From Antedon mediterranea (Eukaryota; Animalia; Echinodermata), in assembly GCF_964355755.1 (NCBI RefSeq), contig NC_092672.1, forward strand, positions 1,736,001 through 1,800,000: 64,000 bases of DNA, given 5' to 3'. The translations under genes and the position numbers were made by a program. The notes below the pieces were generated by a model. It was not told the DNA's origin, made no database searches, and saw nothing but the letters and a program-made list of their open reading frames with translations. This document shows, piece by piece, positions 1 through 12,769 of this stretch. Numbering within the stretch: position 1 is the first letter of the stretch; every line of letters begins with the position of its first letter.

Positions 1-164
1 AACAATAAATTGTATTTCAATTGTTTAATTTTCTTATATATATTAAATAAGGTTTTGTATGGAGTAAGTGCAGAATCTGTTTGGGCTTTAGCCTATTCTC
101 ACTCCTGGTTATTCATTTCATTGGTGACCAAATAAATATTATTTTATTAATATTATTAATTCAC

Positions 165-1012
165 CCTCATTTTTGTAATGTAACGCATCAATGACCCCAG
201 TTGACCCTCGGGTGAATATCTGTCTCCAGGTGAGGTCACCCGTTCTTGTATTTATTGCAGCTAGTACATTCGATTCTGTCGCTACAAACACGCTCTTCTT
301 TCCGCTACTTGGTTCAAATTGCACATATTTTAGCTTCCCAACATGGCGCTGTCTCCTGAAACAAGAATTAATTGTACAACTATTTTTTTTCACATTTTTG
401 TTGTTGAATATGCCATTGTAATGTCACATTTTAATTAATAGTTATTTACTTTGACCAAAAACTGGATCAGCAAAAAAAAAAATAATTTAAAGAAAAAAAA
501 TTGTCAAAATTAAATTGTCTGTCAGACAATGGGTTTACAATACAATACAACAAACTACTACAAGATGAAGTCTAATTTCATTTTTACATTTAAACAAAAA
601 TAAAGTTTGGTTTTGTTAATTAATGTTACTTTTCATCCCAATAACCATTAATAATGTTTTCATAGCTATAAGCATACACTGCTAAATTGTCTTATGATTG
701 GATTAGGCTTGGAAAACCTAGAATAGAGAGCCTAGCCCTACCCGGCATTAATCATTATCATTTTATTTTATTTAGGGACTTGCCTCTTTCTTTTGATGAG
801 TGACGAGTCTTTTGTTGTTGATGTTCATTCATTATTAATATTAGTAGGCTTAGCCTACAGTTTTATTTACTAAACACTGCCTAAATGTAAATAAAAAAAT
901 ATTACCAGTCATATTTTCCTACTTCGTCTTCATAGAGACAATCTACAACCCAGTATTTCGTAAAAAGTACAAGAAAAATTACAGAAAACGTTCGGAGTAT
1001 GTAGGCCGCCAT
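165..1012 (-). CDS. EMC1: ER membrane protein complex subunit 1, first two coding exons (1012-906, 355-165); gene continues off the left edge
   Basis: Spliced translation MAAYILRTFSVIFLVLFTKYWVVDCLYEDEVGKYDW|RQRHVGKLKY...VFVATESNVLAAINTRTGDLTWRQIF. Signal peptide followed by the EMC1 N-terminal motif LYEDxVGKxDWRQ; GT-AG junctions keep phase. Confidence 0.93.
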
Positions 1013-1796
1013 CTTTATGGAAATCTTATTCTTAGCTCCTTTCCCAACAACTTTTAAAACAAAAAAATATTTTCACTGCTTATATTACAGGTCCTGCCAT
1101 TTTATAAATAAAAAAACTTTATAATATGAACTTTGAATTATTTTAGTTATTACTAAATTGTTTCTAATAGATATTTATTTATTTTCTGAAATAAATACAA
1201 AATGTAAGATACGCTTCAGTAACTTTACTAAAGAGGGCGGCATGTTAAAAGATATTCCTCCTCTGGAGCGGCCTGAATTTGAGAAATTATAACTTATAAG
1301 AACAAAATTATAAAGACGGGAACTAAACAAGAAGATTAATTCGAATGAAGTACCATAATCAAAATTTAGGTTTTTATCAAATATTAAAGAACAATTTAAA
1401 ATTCAATAAAACCATGAATTCTCCCTAAATTAACTTTATTTTGTCTTTTTGCAAAGCCGCAAAAAGAGAAAATGACAGTTATTCTTGGTATTACTATAAA
1501 TAAATGATGCACAAACTTTGGGAAGCTCAAACATGGAAAGACAAAATGTATATATTTAAAAATATATATATATAAATATTAATATTGAAGAATCCCGTAT
1601 ATTTATTTTGCTGGTGGTCTTCATTTTTCGTCTGGCTGTATAATTGCTGCTGTATAATTGCTTATCGGCAGAGGGCGCTGTAAGGGTATATAACTCGAGC
1701 GATCTCCTCCTATTAAAATTGTTTCAGGTGCCGGTTTATATTTTGCTGTTCGTGTGCTGTGAGTCCTGCTGCTGCTGCTCAGCTTAACAGTAAACT
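1013..1796. promoter_or_regulatory. Putative bidirectional promoter between EMC1 and SLC25A11
   Basis: Start codons diverge about 785 bp apart. A YY1-like AAGATGGCGGC overlaps the EMC1 ATG (minus strand) and a CTCF-like CGGCAGAGGGCGCTG lies at 1666-1680. Confidence 0.6.
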
Positions 1797-4700
1797 ATGT
1801 CGAATTCACAGGTTTCATCTAATGTTGTCATTCCGAAACCTGTAAAGTTTCTCTATGGAGGGCTTGCTGGGTATGTATACGTTTTACACTGCATGATGAT
1901 CACGTCTAGCTAGGCCTAGCCATACCTAGCTAGTCTAGCTATAGTGGTAGATACTGTCACTGCGACCCGGTACTGCCACCACTCTGCTAGTAAGTAGTAG
2001 GCCCTAGGCCTAGTTTAGCAACGATAAAATATCAATGATCTTTTACAGTCATACTTTTTCTTTTTAAAGTATGGGTGCCACAGTGTTTGTCCAACCATTG
2101 GATCTTGTTAAGAATAGAATGCAACTTAGCGGTAAGTTCACACACAGGATTGGATATCATTAACAGTGTCTGATTTGTATTGATAATAATAAATTAAAAG
2201 TACTTTAAATATTGATTGTTCAAAATAATATTTTTAATGATTTATAAAATGCTGATATCAAAGCCTAATTAACAATTACAATTAATGTTTATCTAATTTG
2301 TGTTTAAAGATTAACACATCATCACAATGGAACTGAAGTAACCTCGGATTTTAATAAATTCTCAGAGTTACCAAGAATTCAACTCTTCAAGAATTATATA
2401 TGGAAATGCATTTCTTTTATTAGGTATTGGTGGAGCAGCTAAAGAACATAAGACCAGTTTACACGCAGTTAAATCAATTTTAAAGAATGAAGGTTTTATT
2501 GGTATTTACACAGGGTGGGTTCACACTTGCACATTATTTTATTGTTTTTTTAATTGTTATGTTATGTATTTATGTGTCATTATTTTATTTATCCACACTG
2601 GAACTTGAAGAATTTATTCTTTAAAAAACACATTAAAATCGTACCTCTTTTCTGAGGCATTTATGATATTAATGGAGTATAAATTAAAAATAACAGATAA
2701 TTATTATTATATGTTTTTTCCTGAAAATCTGTTTGGTGGTTCATTTAGGAACCACAGTGGAAATAAGTTGCTTTTTGTAATTTTCTGTGTTTTATCCTCG
2801 ATTGATCTACTTGAAAATGAAAACAATTAATTAATAAATAAATACTGATTCAGCTACACTCAGTATTTTTATTGATTTAAAAACATATTTAGACAGGATA
2901 AAAACAGGTATAAATATTGCACCTATGGTCCTGTTTTAAATGATGTGAGCACTTTAAGTGGATGTGCACTATATACATTTTTATTATTAAATTATTATTA
3001 TTAACTTTTCATCGACACTCATCATTCATCGACATAAATCCCTGGCTAAATCCTTGTAATAAATCTTATTTATTGTTTTAGGCTTTCAGCTGGTTTACTG
3101 CGACAGGCGACGTACACCACAACCAGGCTTGGGATCTACACCACACTCTTTGATATGGTCTCAGGGTAAGACTACTATCTACTGACATTTATATTTTTGC
3201 CAAATCAATTTTTAAAAAAGGTCTATAATTAATAAAATAAAATGGTAAAAAATGCTACATCTTTTATTTAATTATTATATAAACAATTAAACTAAAGCTC
3301 TGTCCACACTATCAAACTTAATGTGAATGTGATATGAGTGCTCATACAGTGTATGGACATGATGATTTCATATCACTACCAATACCATATTTAGGTGTAT
3401 CTAGTTTGATACCTGTCCACACTATCAAACTTAATGTGAATGTGATATGAGTGCTCATACAGTATATGGACATGATGATTTCATATCACTACCAATACCA
3501 TATTTAGGTGTATCTAGTTTGATACCTGTCCACACTATCAAACTTAATGTGAATGTGATATGAGTGCTCATACAGTATATGGACATGATGATTTCATATC
3601 ACTACCAATACCATATTTAGTGTATCTAGTTTGATACTAGTTTGATAGTGTAGACAGAGCTATAAAGATAAATCTATTTTTAAGCATAAAAATCTGTTTT
3701 TGTTTATAATACTGTACTATTTTGATTATCTAAGCTTCTTGAGTATTTATGCTTAATCTCTTCATCTGTTATTTCTAGTGAGAAAAATTTGTTTTTTTAT
3801 ATCATTTCAAATTCTTTATTCATCCTGTGTGGGGCAATTTCAACAAGGACTGAAAAACACATAGTAATGATCAATTAAAAAATACAAAAATCTAATCACA
3901 TTTAAGCGTAAAATCTTAAATCTACAAGTTATTAATTTTTCTGTTTGTATTTATTCCAATTACTGTACATGTGGTCTTATAAAAATCACCAAGCAATTTT
4001 GATAAATACAATAGGTATTTAACTTATGAATATGTAGTAACTACACCACACTCTATTATACAGTGTATAACAACAATGTCTAAATACATTTTGATATTTT
4101 CCTGGTACCTTCATTTTATTCCTTGTCTTGATAAACATTTAAACTTTTTTGTTCATTACGAACCATGTGGAATTCTGTACCAGCATTTTGTTTTAAAATA
4201 AAATTATAATAATTATTAGAGATAAGATCTTCTATTCCAAAGCTAACAAGAAAATAGTTATTTAGTGTTTTGAATATTTTTAATTATTTTAAAAATATTT
4301 TAATTCAAAGTGTGCCAAAAAAAATGTTTGTTTATATACACACTACACTATATATACATTTGTCATAATCATTGGTTTTTAAGACTTATGTTAAACGTAT
4401 CAGGCCTCTCAGAATGTTAACATTCCTGACCTGTTTTATAATATGTTTGTATTCTTCTTCAAACAATAACATGAAGATATTATAACAATGCTTGTATAAT
4501 TGTTTTGCTTAGACCTGAAGGGCAACCACCTAGCTTTATGTTAAAGGCGTGCATCGGTTTGACAGCTGGTGCGATTGGAGCGTTTGTTGGCACCCCAGCC
4601 GAAATCTCACTCATCAGAATGACATCAGATGGAAGGTAAATTTTTTGATTAATTATAGTTGAATCCAATAAGGTTGGTTGGGGGTATGTTTCACCCATCC

Positions 4701-7700
4701 TGGTCTAACCTTAACTTAACGGGGAAAAAACCCAATAAAATAAATATAACCTTATGTTAATTTAGACACTATTTTTAGGCATTGGGCCACACTCCTTTAA
4801 AAGTTATTCATATAACACCTAAATAAATTCCTGTCATTTGATTGGATGATTGTGGGTCACATGTTGTGCAATAGTACATTCTATTCTATATTCTTTTAAC
4901 AATCATGAAATAGTACTTTTTTCCATATTCATTATTTGTATACGGTTTTACTAATTCAACTCCTTTGTTACTATTTTACTGTGTAGGTTACCACCTGCTG
5001 AGAGGCGTGGCTACACAAGTGTATTCAATGCTCTAGCCAGAATAGTCCAAGAGGAAGGAGTGCTTACGTTATGGAGGGTATGTATTGTGAATGGACTGGT
5101 CTCACTAGGACACCCATAACACATGCTACAGTATACGTGTAGCAATAAATAAATGAACAATAAAGCAAGTTTCCTAAGATTCTACAGCTCTGTCTAAACT
5201 ATCAAGCTTTATGCGACAAAAAATATATGATGTGCCTATATATGGGCACGATGATGTCATATCACTACCATATTTGAGGATATCACTACCATATTTGGGC
5301 ACATCAGACTTTTTTGTCAGACTAGTTTGATAGTGTAGACAGAACAGAGACCAGGAACATACGCTGCCCCATTGACGGCTACAATGACATTTAACTACTT
5401 TTTGATATACAGTATATATTTTTGCCAGACTATTAATATTATTATGTCAGCGATGGATCCGCTCCTAAAATAGTAAGAGAAATGATGCAGCTCAATTTGC
5501 ATCAAGCTTGTTTTCCAGTTGATGTTGAATTTTCAAATCATTGACATTTAATTTAACCCCCTTTTCCTGTAAAATCTTTGAATCCTGTCAATTCAGTTCA
5601 ACGTCGACTGGTAAACAGGCTTCATAAAACTTAACTGATTGTAATTTTCTTACAGGGCTGTGGGCCTACAATAGTAAGGGCAATGGTAGTGAATGCAGCT
5701 CAGCTTGCGTCTTACTCGCAAGCTAAACAGCTACTTCTTGGCACTGGATATTTCAAAGACAATATCATGTGTCACTTTGGAGCTAGTATGATAAGTGGAT
5801 TTGTAACGACATGCGCTTCAATGCCAGTAGATATTCTCAAAACTAGGTAAAATAAATGTTTTATTCCTCGTCATTTGATTGGTTAATCACATGCTCTTTG
5901 GTATTAATTCTACACTTTTTAGCGGAAAAGTGATATAACTCATAAACATTCATTAGTTGTAAACTTTATGTGTTATTCTTAACATGTTGTAATCCAACGC
6001 ATCACTTTTGATAGGCTGAACTCTTATACAATGTGAAGGGTCAAACCAATCACAAGATTGGTCTAACCAATCTGCATAAAAAGCAATATTTTCTAAAAGT
6101 AAAAATTTTTATATTTCAGAATTCAAAGTATGAAAGTAATAGATGGAAAGCCAGAATTCAAAGGAGCTACAGTAAGTAAACCTGTACCTTGTAAACCTGT
6201 ACCTTGTAAACCTGTACCTTGTAAACCTGTACCTTGTAAACCTGTACCTTGTAAACCTGTACCTTGTAAACCTGTACCTTGTAAACCTGTACCTTGTAAA
6301 CCAAAGCCTTGTAAACCTGTACCTTGTAAACCTGTACCTTGTAAACCTGTACCTTGTAAACCTGTACCTTGTAAACCTGTACCTTGTAAACCTGTACCTT
6401 GTAAACCTGTACCTTGTAAACCTGTACCTTGTAAACCTGTACCTTGTAAACCTGTACCTTGTAAACCTGTACCTTGTAAACCTGTACCTTGTAAACCTGT
6501 ACCTTGTAAACCTGTACCTTGTAAACCTGTACCTTGTAAACCAAAGCCTTGTAAACCAAAGCCTTGTAAACCTGTACCTTGTAAACCTGTACCTTGTAAA
6601 CCAAAGCCTTGTAAACCAAAGCCTTGTAAACCTGTACCTTGTAAACCTGTACCTTGTAAACCTGTACCTTGTAAACCTGTACCTTGTAAACCAAAGCCTT
6701 GTAAACCAAAGCCTTGTTGGTGCTGTTTTGACTTGTGTTGAACTTGAACCCACATCTTTGAGACTGTAGGATCATCAAAATTAATTGCAGTTACTGTATA
6801 TTATATATTATACTACATATTATTTTTACTGAAATATTTTAGTTTCTTTGAATGTAGAAGTTAATGAGGCAGTCACTGCAATAAACAGTGTGTATGATTA
6901 CCATAAAAAAAAGCTTACATAAATATGTATTGTCCTAAAAACACGAGAAATGAAGTTTAACTACATCAGATAGGTTATTCAAAGAGGTTATTTTGTAGTT
7001 TTAATCAAGTTAATCACTTGCGTAGAAAAAAAAATGAAAAAAATTATGTTTTCACTAAAATGAAAAAATAAATGGTTAAATTCAACAAAAAATCCATTGG
7101 CTGGCAGCCAATTTGACTATTTTTTGCTTAAATTACAGATTTTTCAGGTATACAATTGTTTTTTTTTTTATCCAAGTTTTGGTCAAAACGAATAATTATT
7201 ATGATATTAAAATTGCATATTTAACAAAAACAAATTTAACAAAATATTTTTTCAGGGTGACAATACATCTTTAAAGAGTAATGTAGTTACTGCAGTAAAT
7301 TACCATTTAGCAATACAGTATTGCAATTGTTACTGCAGTAAATTACCATTTAGCAATACAGTATTGCAATTGTTACTGAAAAATACTTATTAGATAAGTG
7401 TAACTACCATGCTTCAAACCTAAAATTTAAAATTCGCTCCAATTCTCTACCACTTGAAGGTAGAAAAGAAGCATGGTCACCTCAAAATGCAGGTATATGT
7501 TTATTGTGTAATTGTAATGAAAAGGAAACTGTATATCATTTCGTATTTGAATGCAAACGACTTGAGTACGTTAGACAACCAATACTCATGAACCTTAAAG
7601 ATGAGCTAAACAACAATAATCTATCCATGTTCTGGGAATTGTTTACTACTAACTCTCTAGATCTTAAATACCACTTATTCTTCATGATCTTGAAATCCAT

Positions 7701-8313
7701 AATGAATTTAAAATTACACCAAATCAATTGACCCATGATGTATACGAATCAGCAAGTATTATTTTCGACAAACATTGCAAAATTTTTCTGACCATGGCTT
7801 GGAACACACGAAATGATATATATAATACAATTCCTTCTCAAACTTAATTTACTCATTTTCTTAGTATTTAATCTGTCTCAGTTTTCTTAAATTTTTTTTT
7901 GTAATTTTGTTATTATGTCTAATTTCTTGTTTTGTATTTATATTTAAGTGTGTATGTATTATTTTTCACTGTAAACTTGTTGCACATCTCATTGAGACTG
8001 CCTCTGATTTAAAAGAGATACAATAAAAGTTCAGTTCAGTTCAGTACTGCAGTGAATCACCATTTAGCAATACATTATTGGAATAGTTACTGCAGTAATT
8101 CACCATTTAGCAATACAGTATTGCAATTGTGGATTTGTTTTTCTTTTTGTCTTACAGGACGTCCTTATTAAGACAGTACGCTCAGAGGGAATCTTCAGTC
8201 TATGGAAGGGCTTCACTCCGTACTATGCACGTCTAGGTCCTCACACTGTTCTTACTTTCATCTTCCTAGAACAATTAAATAGATTTTATAAAGAAGTCAT
8301 TGCTAAAAAATAA
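1797..8313 (+). CDS. SLC25A11: Mitochondrial 2-oxoglutarate/malate carrier, 9 exons (1797-1870, 2070-2131, 2424-2514, 3082-3165, 4513-4635, 4987-5077, 5656-5846, 6120-6171, 8158-8313), 307 aa
   Basis: Exons join in frame via GT-AG. Three carrier signatures (PLDLVKNRMQ, PAEISLIRM, PVDILKTRIQ) plus OGC-typical GLSAGLLRQATYTTTRLG, RAMVVNAAQLASYSQAKQ and WKGFTPYYARLGPHTVLTFIFLEQ. Confidence 0.96.
3296..3661 (+). mobile_element. MITE family A copy with an internal 113-bp unit triplicated
   Basis: TIRs AGCTCTGTC(C/T)ACACTATCAAAC...GTTTGATAGTGTAGACAGAGCT; tandem units start at about 3300, 3413 and 3526. Confidence 0.75.
5186..5343 (+). mobile_element. MITE family A copy
   Basis: Same TIRs and internal CATATCACTACCATATTTGGG motifs as the other family A copies. 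Confidence 0.7.
6176..6715 (+). repeat. 15-bp minisatellite (GTAAACCTGTACCTT, variant GTAAACCAAAGCCTT), 36 copies, in SLC25A11 intron 8
   Basis: Direct reading; begins inside the GTAAGT donor. Confidence 0.97.
7287..8130 (+). repeat. 43-bp tandem repeat (TTACTGCAGTAAATTACCATTTAGCAATACAGTATTGCAATTG) interrupted by a LINE fragment
   Basis: Units at 7287 and 7330, a partial unit at 7373, and the array resumes at 8045-8130. Confidence 0.8.
7379..8044 (+). mobile_element. 5'-truncated non-LTR retrotransposon (C-terminal zinc-knuckle region and 3' UTR)
   Basis: Translates KFKIRSNSLPLEGRKEAW...CLLCNCNEKETVYHFVFEC (CCHC zinc knuckle of LINE ORF2 ends). Ends AATAAA plus (GTTCA)n tail; TACTG duplicated at 7374-7378 and 8045-8049. 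Confidence 0.75.
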
Positions 8314-8396
8314 TTAATAGATTTCTTACTAATAATAATTATTATTTTGCATTCCTTTTGTTAGAAAGTAGAGCAAAGCTAATGAAGATTATTGCT

Positions 8397-8770
8397 TATT
8401 GTATTGATTAGTATTGTATTGATCAGTACTATTGTATTGATTACTATATTGTATTGATTATTATTTGTATTGATCATTATTGTATTGATTATTATATTGT
8501 ATTGATCAGTATTGTATTGATTATTATATTGTATTGATCAGTATTGTATTGATTATTATATTGTATTGATCAGTATTGTATTGATTATTATATTGTATTG
8601 ATCAGTATTGTATTGATTATTATATTGTATTGATCAGTATTGTATTGATTATTATATTGTATTGATCAGTATTGTATTGATTATTATATTGTATTGATCA
8701 GTATTGTATTGATTATTATATTGTATCATGGAGAAATAAGTTAGGTTCTCCATGATTGTATTGATCAGTA
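8397..8770 (+). repeat. 32-bp tandem repeat (ATTGTATTGATCAGTATTGTATTGATTATTAT) just downstream of the SLC25A11 stop
   Basis: Direct reading; degenerate edges. Confidence 0.9.
8727..8754. mobile_element. 28-bp hairpin insertion CATGGAGAA-N10-TTCTCCATG with 7-bp TSD ATTGTAT
   Basis: Interrupts the 32-bp array; ATTGTAT at 8720-8726 and 8755-8761. Confidence 0.6.
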
Positions 8771-10707
8771 TTGTAGATTATTGTATTGCTCATTATTGTA
8801 TGGATTATTATTGTATTATCATTTTGTTGTATTTGTTTGTTTATTATTTGTTTATTTTTTAGATTATTAATTTACAGAATATTATTTGTATTGGTAATTT
8901 TTTTTTATTATCAATTTATTATTTTTTATAAATATGCAAGATTTGCACACCATCAATATTTTGTGAAAACTAAAACAAACTCTGGTGCCATGTCCAAATA
9001 CAAATAATAATATATTTATATACTAAAACAGTTTTTAAATTTTAAAGTTTATGCTTGTACATACCGCAAAAGTATGCTGTATTAGTATTGCTAGGTGTAT
9101 TTTATAATTTATACTGTCCATACACTGTACCGTCTCTGTCCATTTTATTATTTCAAAATCTTTCAAATTTTTATTTAATCTGTAGATATGTAACAGTACA
9201 TATACATTTATGTATGCCTTTTTAAAACCATTTTTGTTTTACTAAAAAAATATTGAATGTAGAGTATTATATTATTAGTGATTTAAAGGTGAAAATGGGT
9301 AACAATTGTTCATTCATTCACATGATTGATACAACTAAAAAATAATTACTAATACTATGGATGTTGTCATGGGTCATACAATTTATATTTATCAAAAGTG
9401 TCTTCCACAGTGCTTCATTTCCATCTAGCCACACCCACCAATGACCTTAGGCAGATCATGATGAACCTAGTAGTTAGGTCTTGCCATCCACCAAGTTTTG
9501 TGAAAACGTTTTTTGTTTGCATTTCCAAATTAAAATCCATTCATAGATATTGGTGGTTTATATATATAATAATTTAAATAAAATATTTTAAGTTGTTTAT
9601 AAAAATAGATTTAAGGAATTGAGCATCCATATGCATAACATCAAATTTAAATACAAATTAATATTTTCCTATAGGCATTTCTGTATACTGGTTTGCTTAG
9701 CAACCATATCATGTGATCACCCATGTGATTACCTGCATCCTTCCAAACATTTTAACATATCATGAATAATACCACCAAACTTACGAGTTAAGATGACTAT
9801 AGCGAGGCATGTTGTTTTATTATGCTAATTACTTACTCATTTACATACACATGTCCTATTGGTATATAAGCACTCTAGGCTTGTTTACTGTTCTGATGGG
9901 GAGAATAGTTTCTAAAAAAATGTCTCATTTTAAGGCAGTTTGCCTTTTTATTAAATGCCTCGCTATAGTCATTTCAACATATATATTCAATATATAGTAC
10001 TACCACTGCTAGCATTATTTAGATTCTCATATGGAATGTTGAAATCATGCTGTGATCACAACTATGTGTGATATAACAACGTAAAATATATAACACAACA
10101 AAAAAATAGAAAAATAACTTGTTGCTTTTTTGTTTACATAGTACTGATGCAGATTATATTTTAGTCTACAAAACTTGCAAACACTTATTCTTTGTACATA
10201 TCAGGGGGCCCGCTTTCCCTTTTTGGACAGTTACCAAGAGCGGATCCAGCATTGTAGATTAGTGGGGGATAAATATTTCAAAAGGAATTAGATTTCAAGG
10301 ATCCGATGGGTTGCAGAAAAATAAAAATAGTCTTTATTTTAAAAAGACATGGCTGTTAAATTTTAGGTTGGGAGGAGAGGGGTCATTCAAGCCTGTTCAT
10401 CCCCATCTAAATCTGCGCCTGGCTACTGTATAATGAAATTAGGAACTACTTGTTTATATCCATTTCGTCAGACTATTAATATTATATGTTAGTATAGTAC
10501 TGTGTTTAAAAATGCTGGACCTGCCCGTCATTCTTGATTAAATTTTCGAAACTGTCTAAAAGGCATGTATTCTTGCTTCCTATGTGTTATCATGTTCTCA
10601 CTTAATTTCACTATTTATACTTTAGCCTGAAAAACATAGATCTCAGCCAAGTTTACTTTAAAGATGCAGTATTATCTCAACTACATCACAGTTTCTACCA
10701 TCTTGGC

Positions 10708-12571
10708 TCATTTGTTTATTTCACTTGTTGGCTGATTCAAGTAGTATACCATTTGTGATCCCACAATGCTCTCTGTCAACTGCAAGATTGCTGTACTTGC
10801 CGTCTCCTTGTCTGAAGCCAAACTTGCCGACACTTTATCCTCAACGTCTTTAATGGTAAGATTATTACCGCATTCTCTTCTATGAGAATGAAGATGATAC
10901 CGGAACGAGAACCCTTTATTGCAAACACCGCATTTATAAACTTTCCCGCGCTCATGCGCTTTAACATGTTGTTTTAAGGTGAATCTATCGGTGAAAGCGT
11001 GTCCGCAAAGATCACATAGGAACGGCTTAGCTCCTGTATGTACGCGTTGATGTCGATTCATAGCGCTGCGTACGGTAAACGCACGGTCACATATCTTACA
11101 CTTGAAAGGTTTCTCACCGGTATGTCGGCGTTCGTGCCGGCGCAGGTCAGTACTGTCTTTAAAAGTGGATTTACACAGTATACACTTGTACGGTCTGTCG
11201 TCGGTGTGTACTCGCTCATGTCTGCGAATTGCGGACACGGTTGCAAATGTTTTCTCGCAAAAGGCACACTTATGTAATTTCTCTCCCGTGTGAAATTTTC
11301 GTTCGTGTCGGTGCTGTCCACCAACCGTTGTAAATCGTTTATCACAATATTCACATTTACAAGGATGTTCTTCTGTGTGGTATTTCTCATGTATGTCTTT
11401 TTGGTGATCAGTGTGAAATTTCTTGGCACAGAATGAACACTGGACGTTAGGTATGGATGATGTCATGTCATGATTCTTTTTGGTTTTAGAATTTTGTTTC
11501 TTGCTTTTCATTTCTAATTTATTGTCGGAAAAAGAGGGTAAATCCACAATAATTTGCTCCTGCTGTTCAGTATCTTTCATCTCAATAACTTGGAAAACCT
11601 GAAAAACTGTTTCTTTATTTCCATTCTTATTTTCAGTCGATTGTTTCTGTTTCTCTTTAAAACTACTTTCTGGTATTTCATCTTGTAAACCCTCTAAGAT
11701 GCTCTGTACTTCACTTGCCAACTCTTTTTTTGAATTACTTTCACTCACAGTCCCTCTGTGTTCCATAATGATTTCTGTAGAATGTTCAGATTCCATATTT
11801 GTCTTTGCCTTGTAAACTTTGTCTTCTCTTTTTAATATTGTGTCATTTTTGTCTTCAACCTTATCACTGTCACTGTGAAATAATTTCTGAACTGGCATTA
11901 TCTCAATACAAGATTCCATTTCATTAGCCTGTTTCAAGTTGTTTGTGGATTCCATCACCAGACAGCTCTGCGGCCCTTCGCAGTTATCTATATCGCCCTC
12001 TGGTTTCTGTATAACTAGATTTTCATTTTTTATACAAATTTCTATTACTGATTCTTCAACAACTTGCATTAAACCAGCAGGCTCTTGGATTAGATGGGCG
12101 GATTGGTCTTTTAAAGTTACAGACTCGTCTTCATCTTGTAAGGTTGTCATTTTATCAGTGTCTGAAAAGATAAATAAAACAAAATGAATACTCTCATAGT
12201 CTACTGTAGTAGTAGGCCTAGTAGTAGTTAGCACTAATAAATTATAGGCCTATAGCCCTAGTATTAGTGTAGAGAGATTTAGAGAGATCACAAACAAATA
12301 ATGAATTAACTAAATTAAATAGTAATAAAATTATTAATTTTAAAGTACCAAAAACTTGGCCATTGGTTGGCTTATCTGGTAGAGAGTATAATATAATATA
12401 CCTACTGTAGGCCTAGGATCCTACTATTCTAGTTAGTTACTACGTCTAGGCCTAGCTAGACTATAATATAAGTACCTGTAATACTATCTTATTACGCCTC
12501 TAGCTAGCCCTTTCATTCGCTATCGTTATACTTGATTTAAATGAATGAATGAATCAATTCTTACCGTCCAT
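10708..12571 (-). CDS. C2H2 zinc-finger protein (7 tandem fingers, last one C2HC-like), probable exons 12571-12565 and 12161-10708, about 486 aa
   Basis: Fingers with TGEKP-type linkers (HTGEKLHKC, HTDDRPYKC, HTGEKPFKC, HTGAKPFLC) after an acidic N-terminus. Acceptor TTTCAG before 12161 and ATG GAC G|GTAAG upstream join in phase. Confidence 0.88.
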
Positions 12572-12769
12572 TATTTTATAGATTATTTCATTTGAAAACA
12601 GTCAATATAATAGGGATAAAATTAGCAAGACCATGGAACGGAGGAGGGAAGGACCAGGCAAGATAAAAGTTGTAAGCAGCAGTTTGCGAAATGAATAATC
12701 ATGAAGCACCCCCTCTGTCGGTTAAGCACGCCCACAAACTCTACCAACCGGTCAAACTTTTACAGTAGG

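Noticed and set aside
6109-6778. Four overlapping ORFs of about 200 aa (FTRYR, GLQGT, KPVPC, YKVQV repeats)
   Set aside because: By-products of a stop-poor 15-bp intronic minisatellite; the flanking exons belong to SLC25A11.
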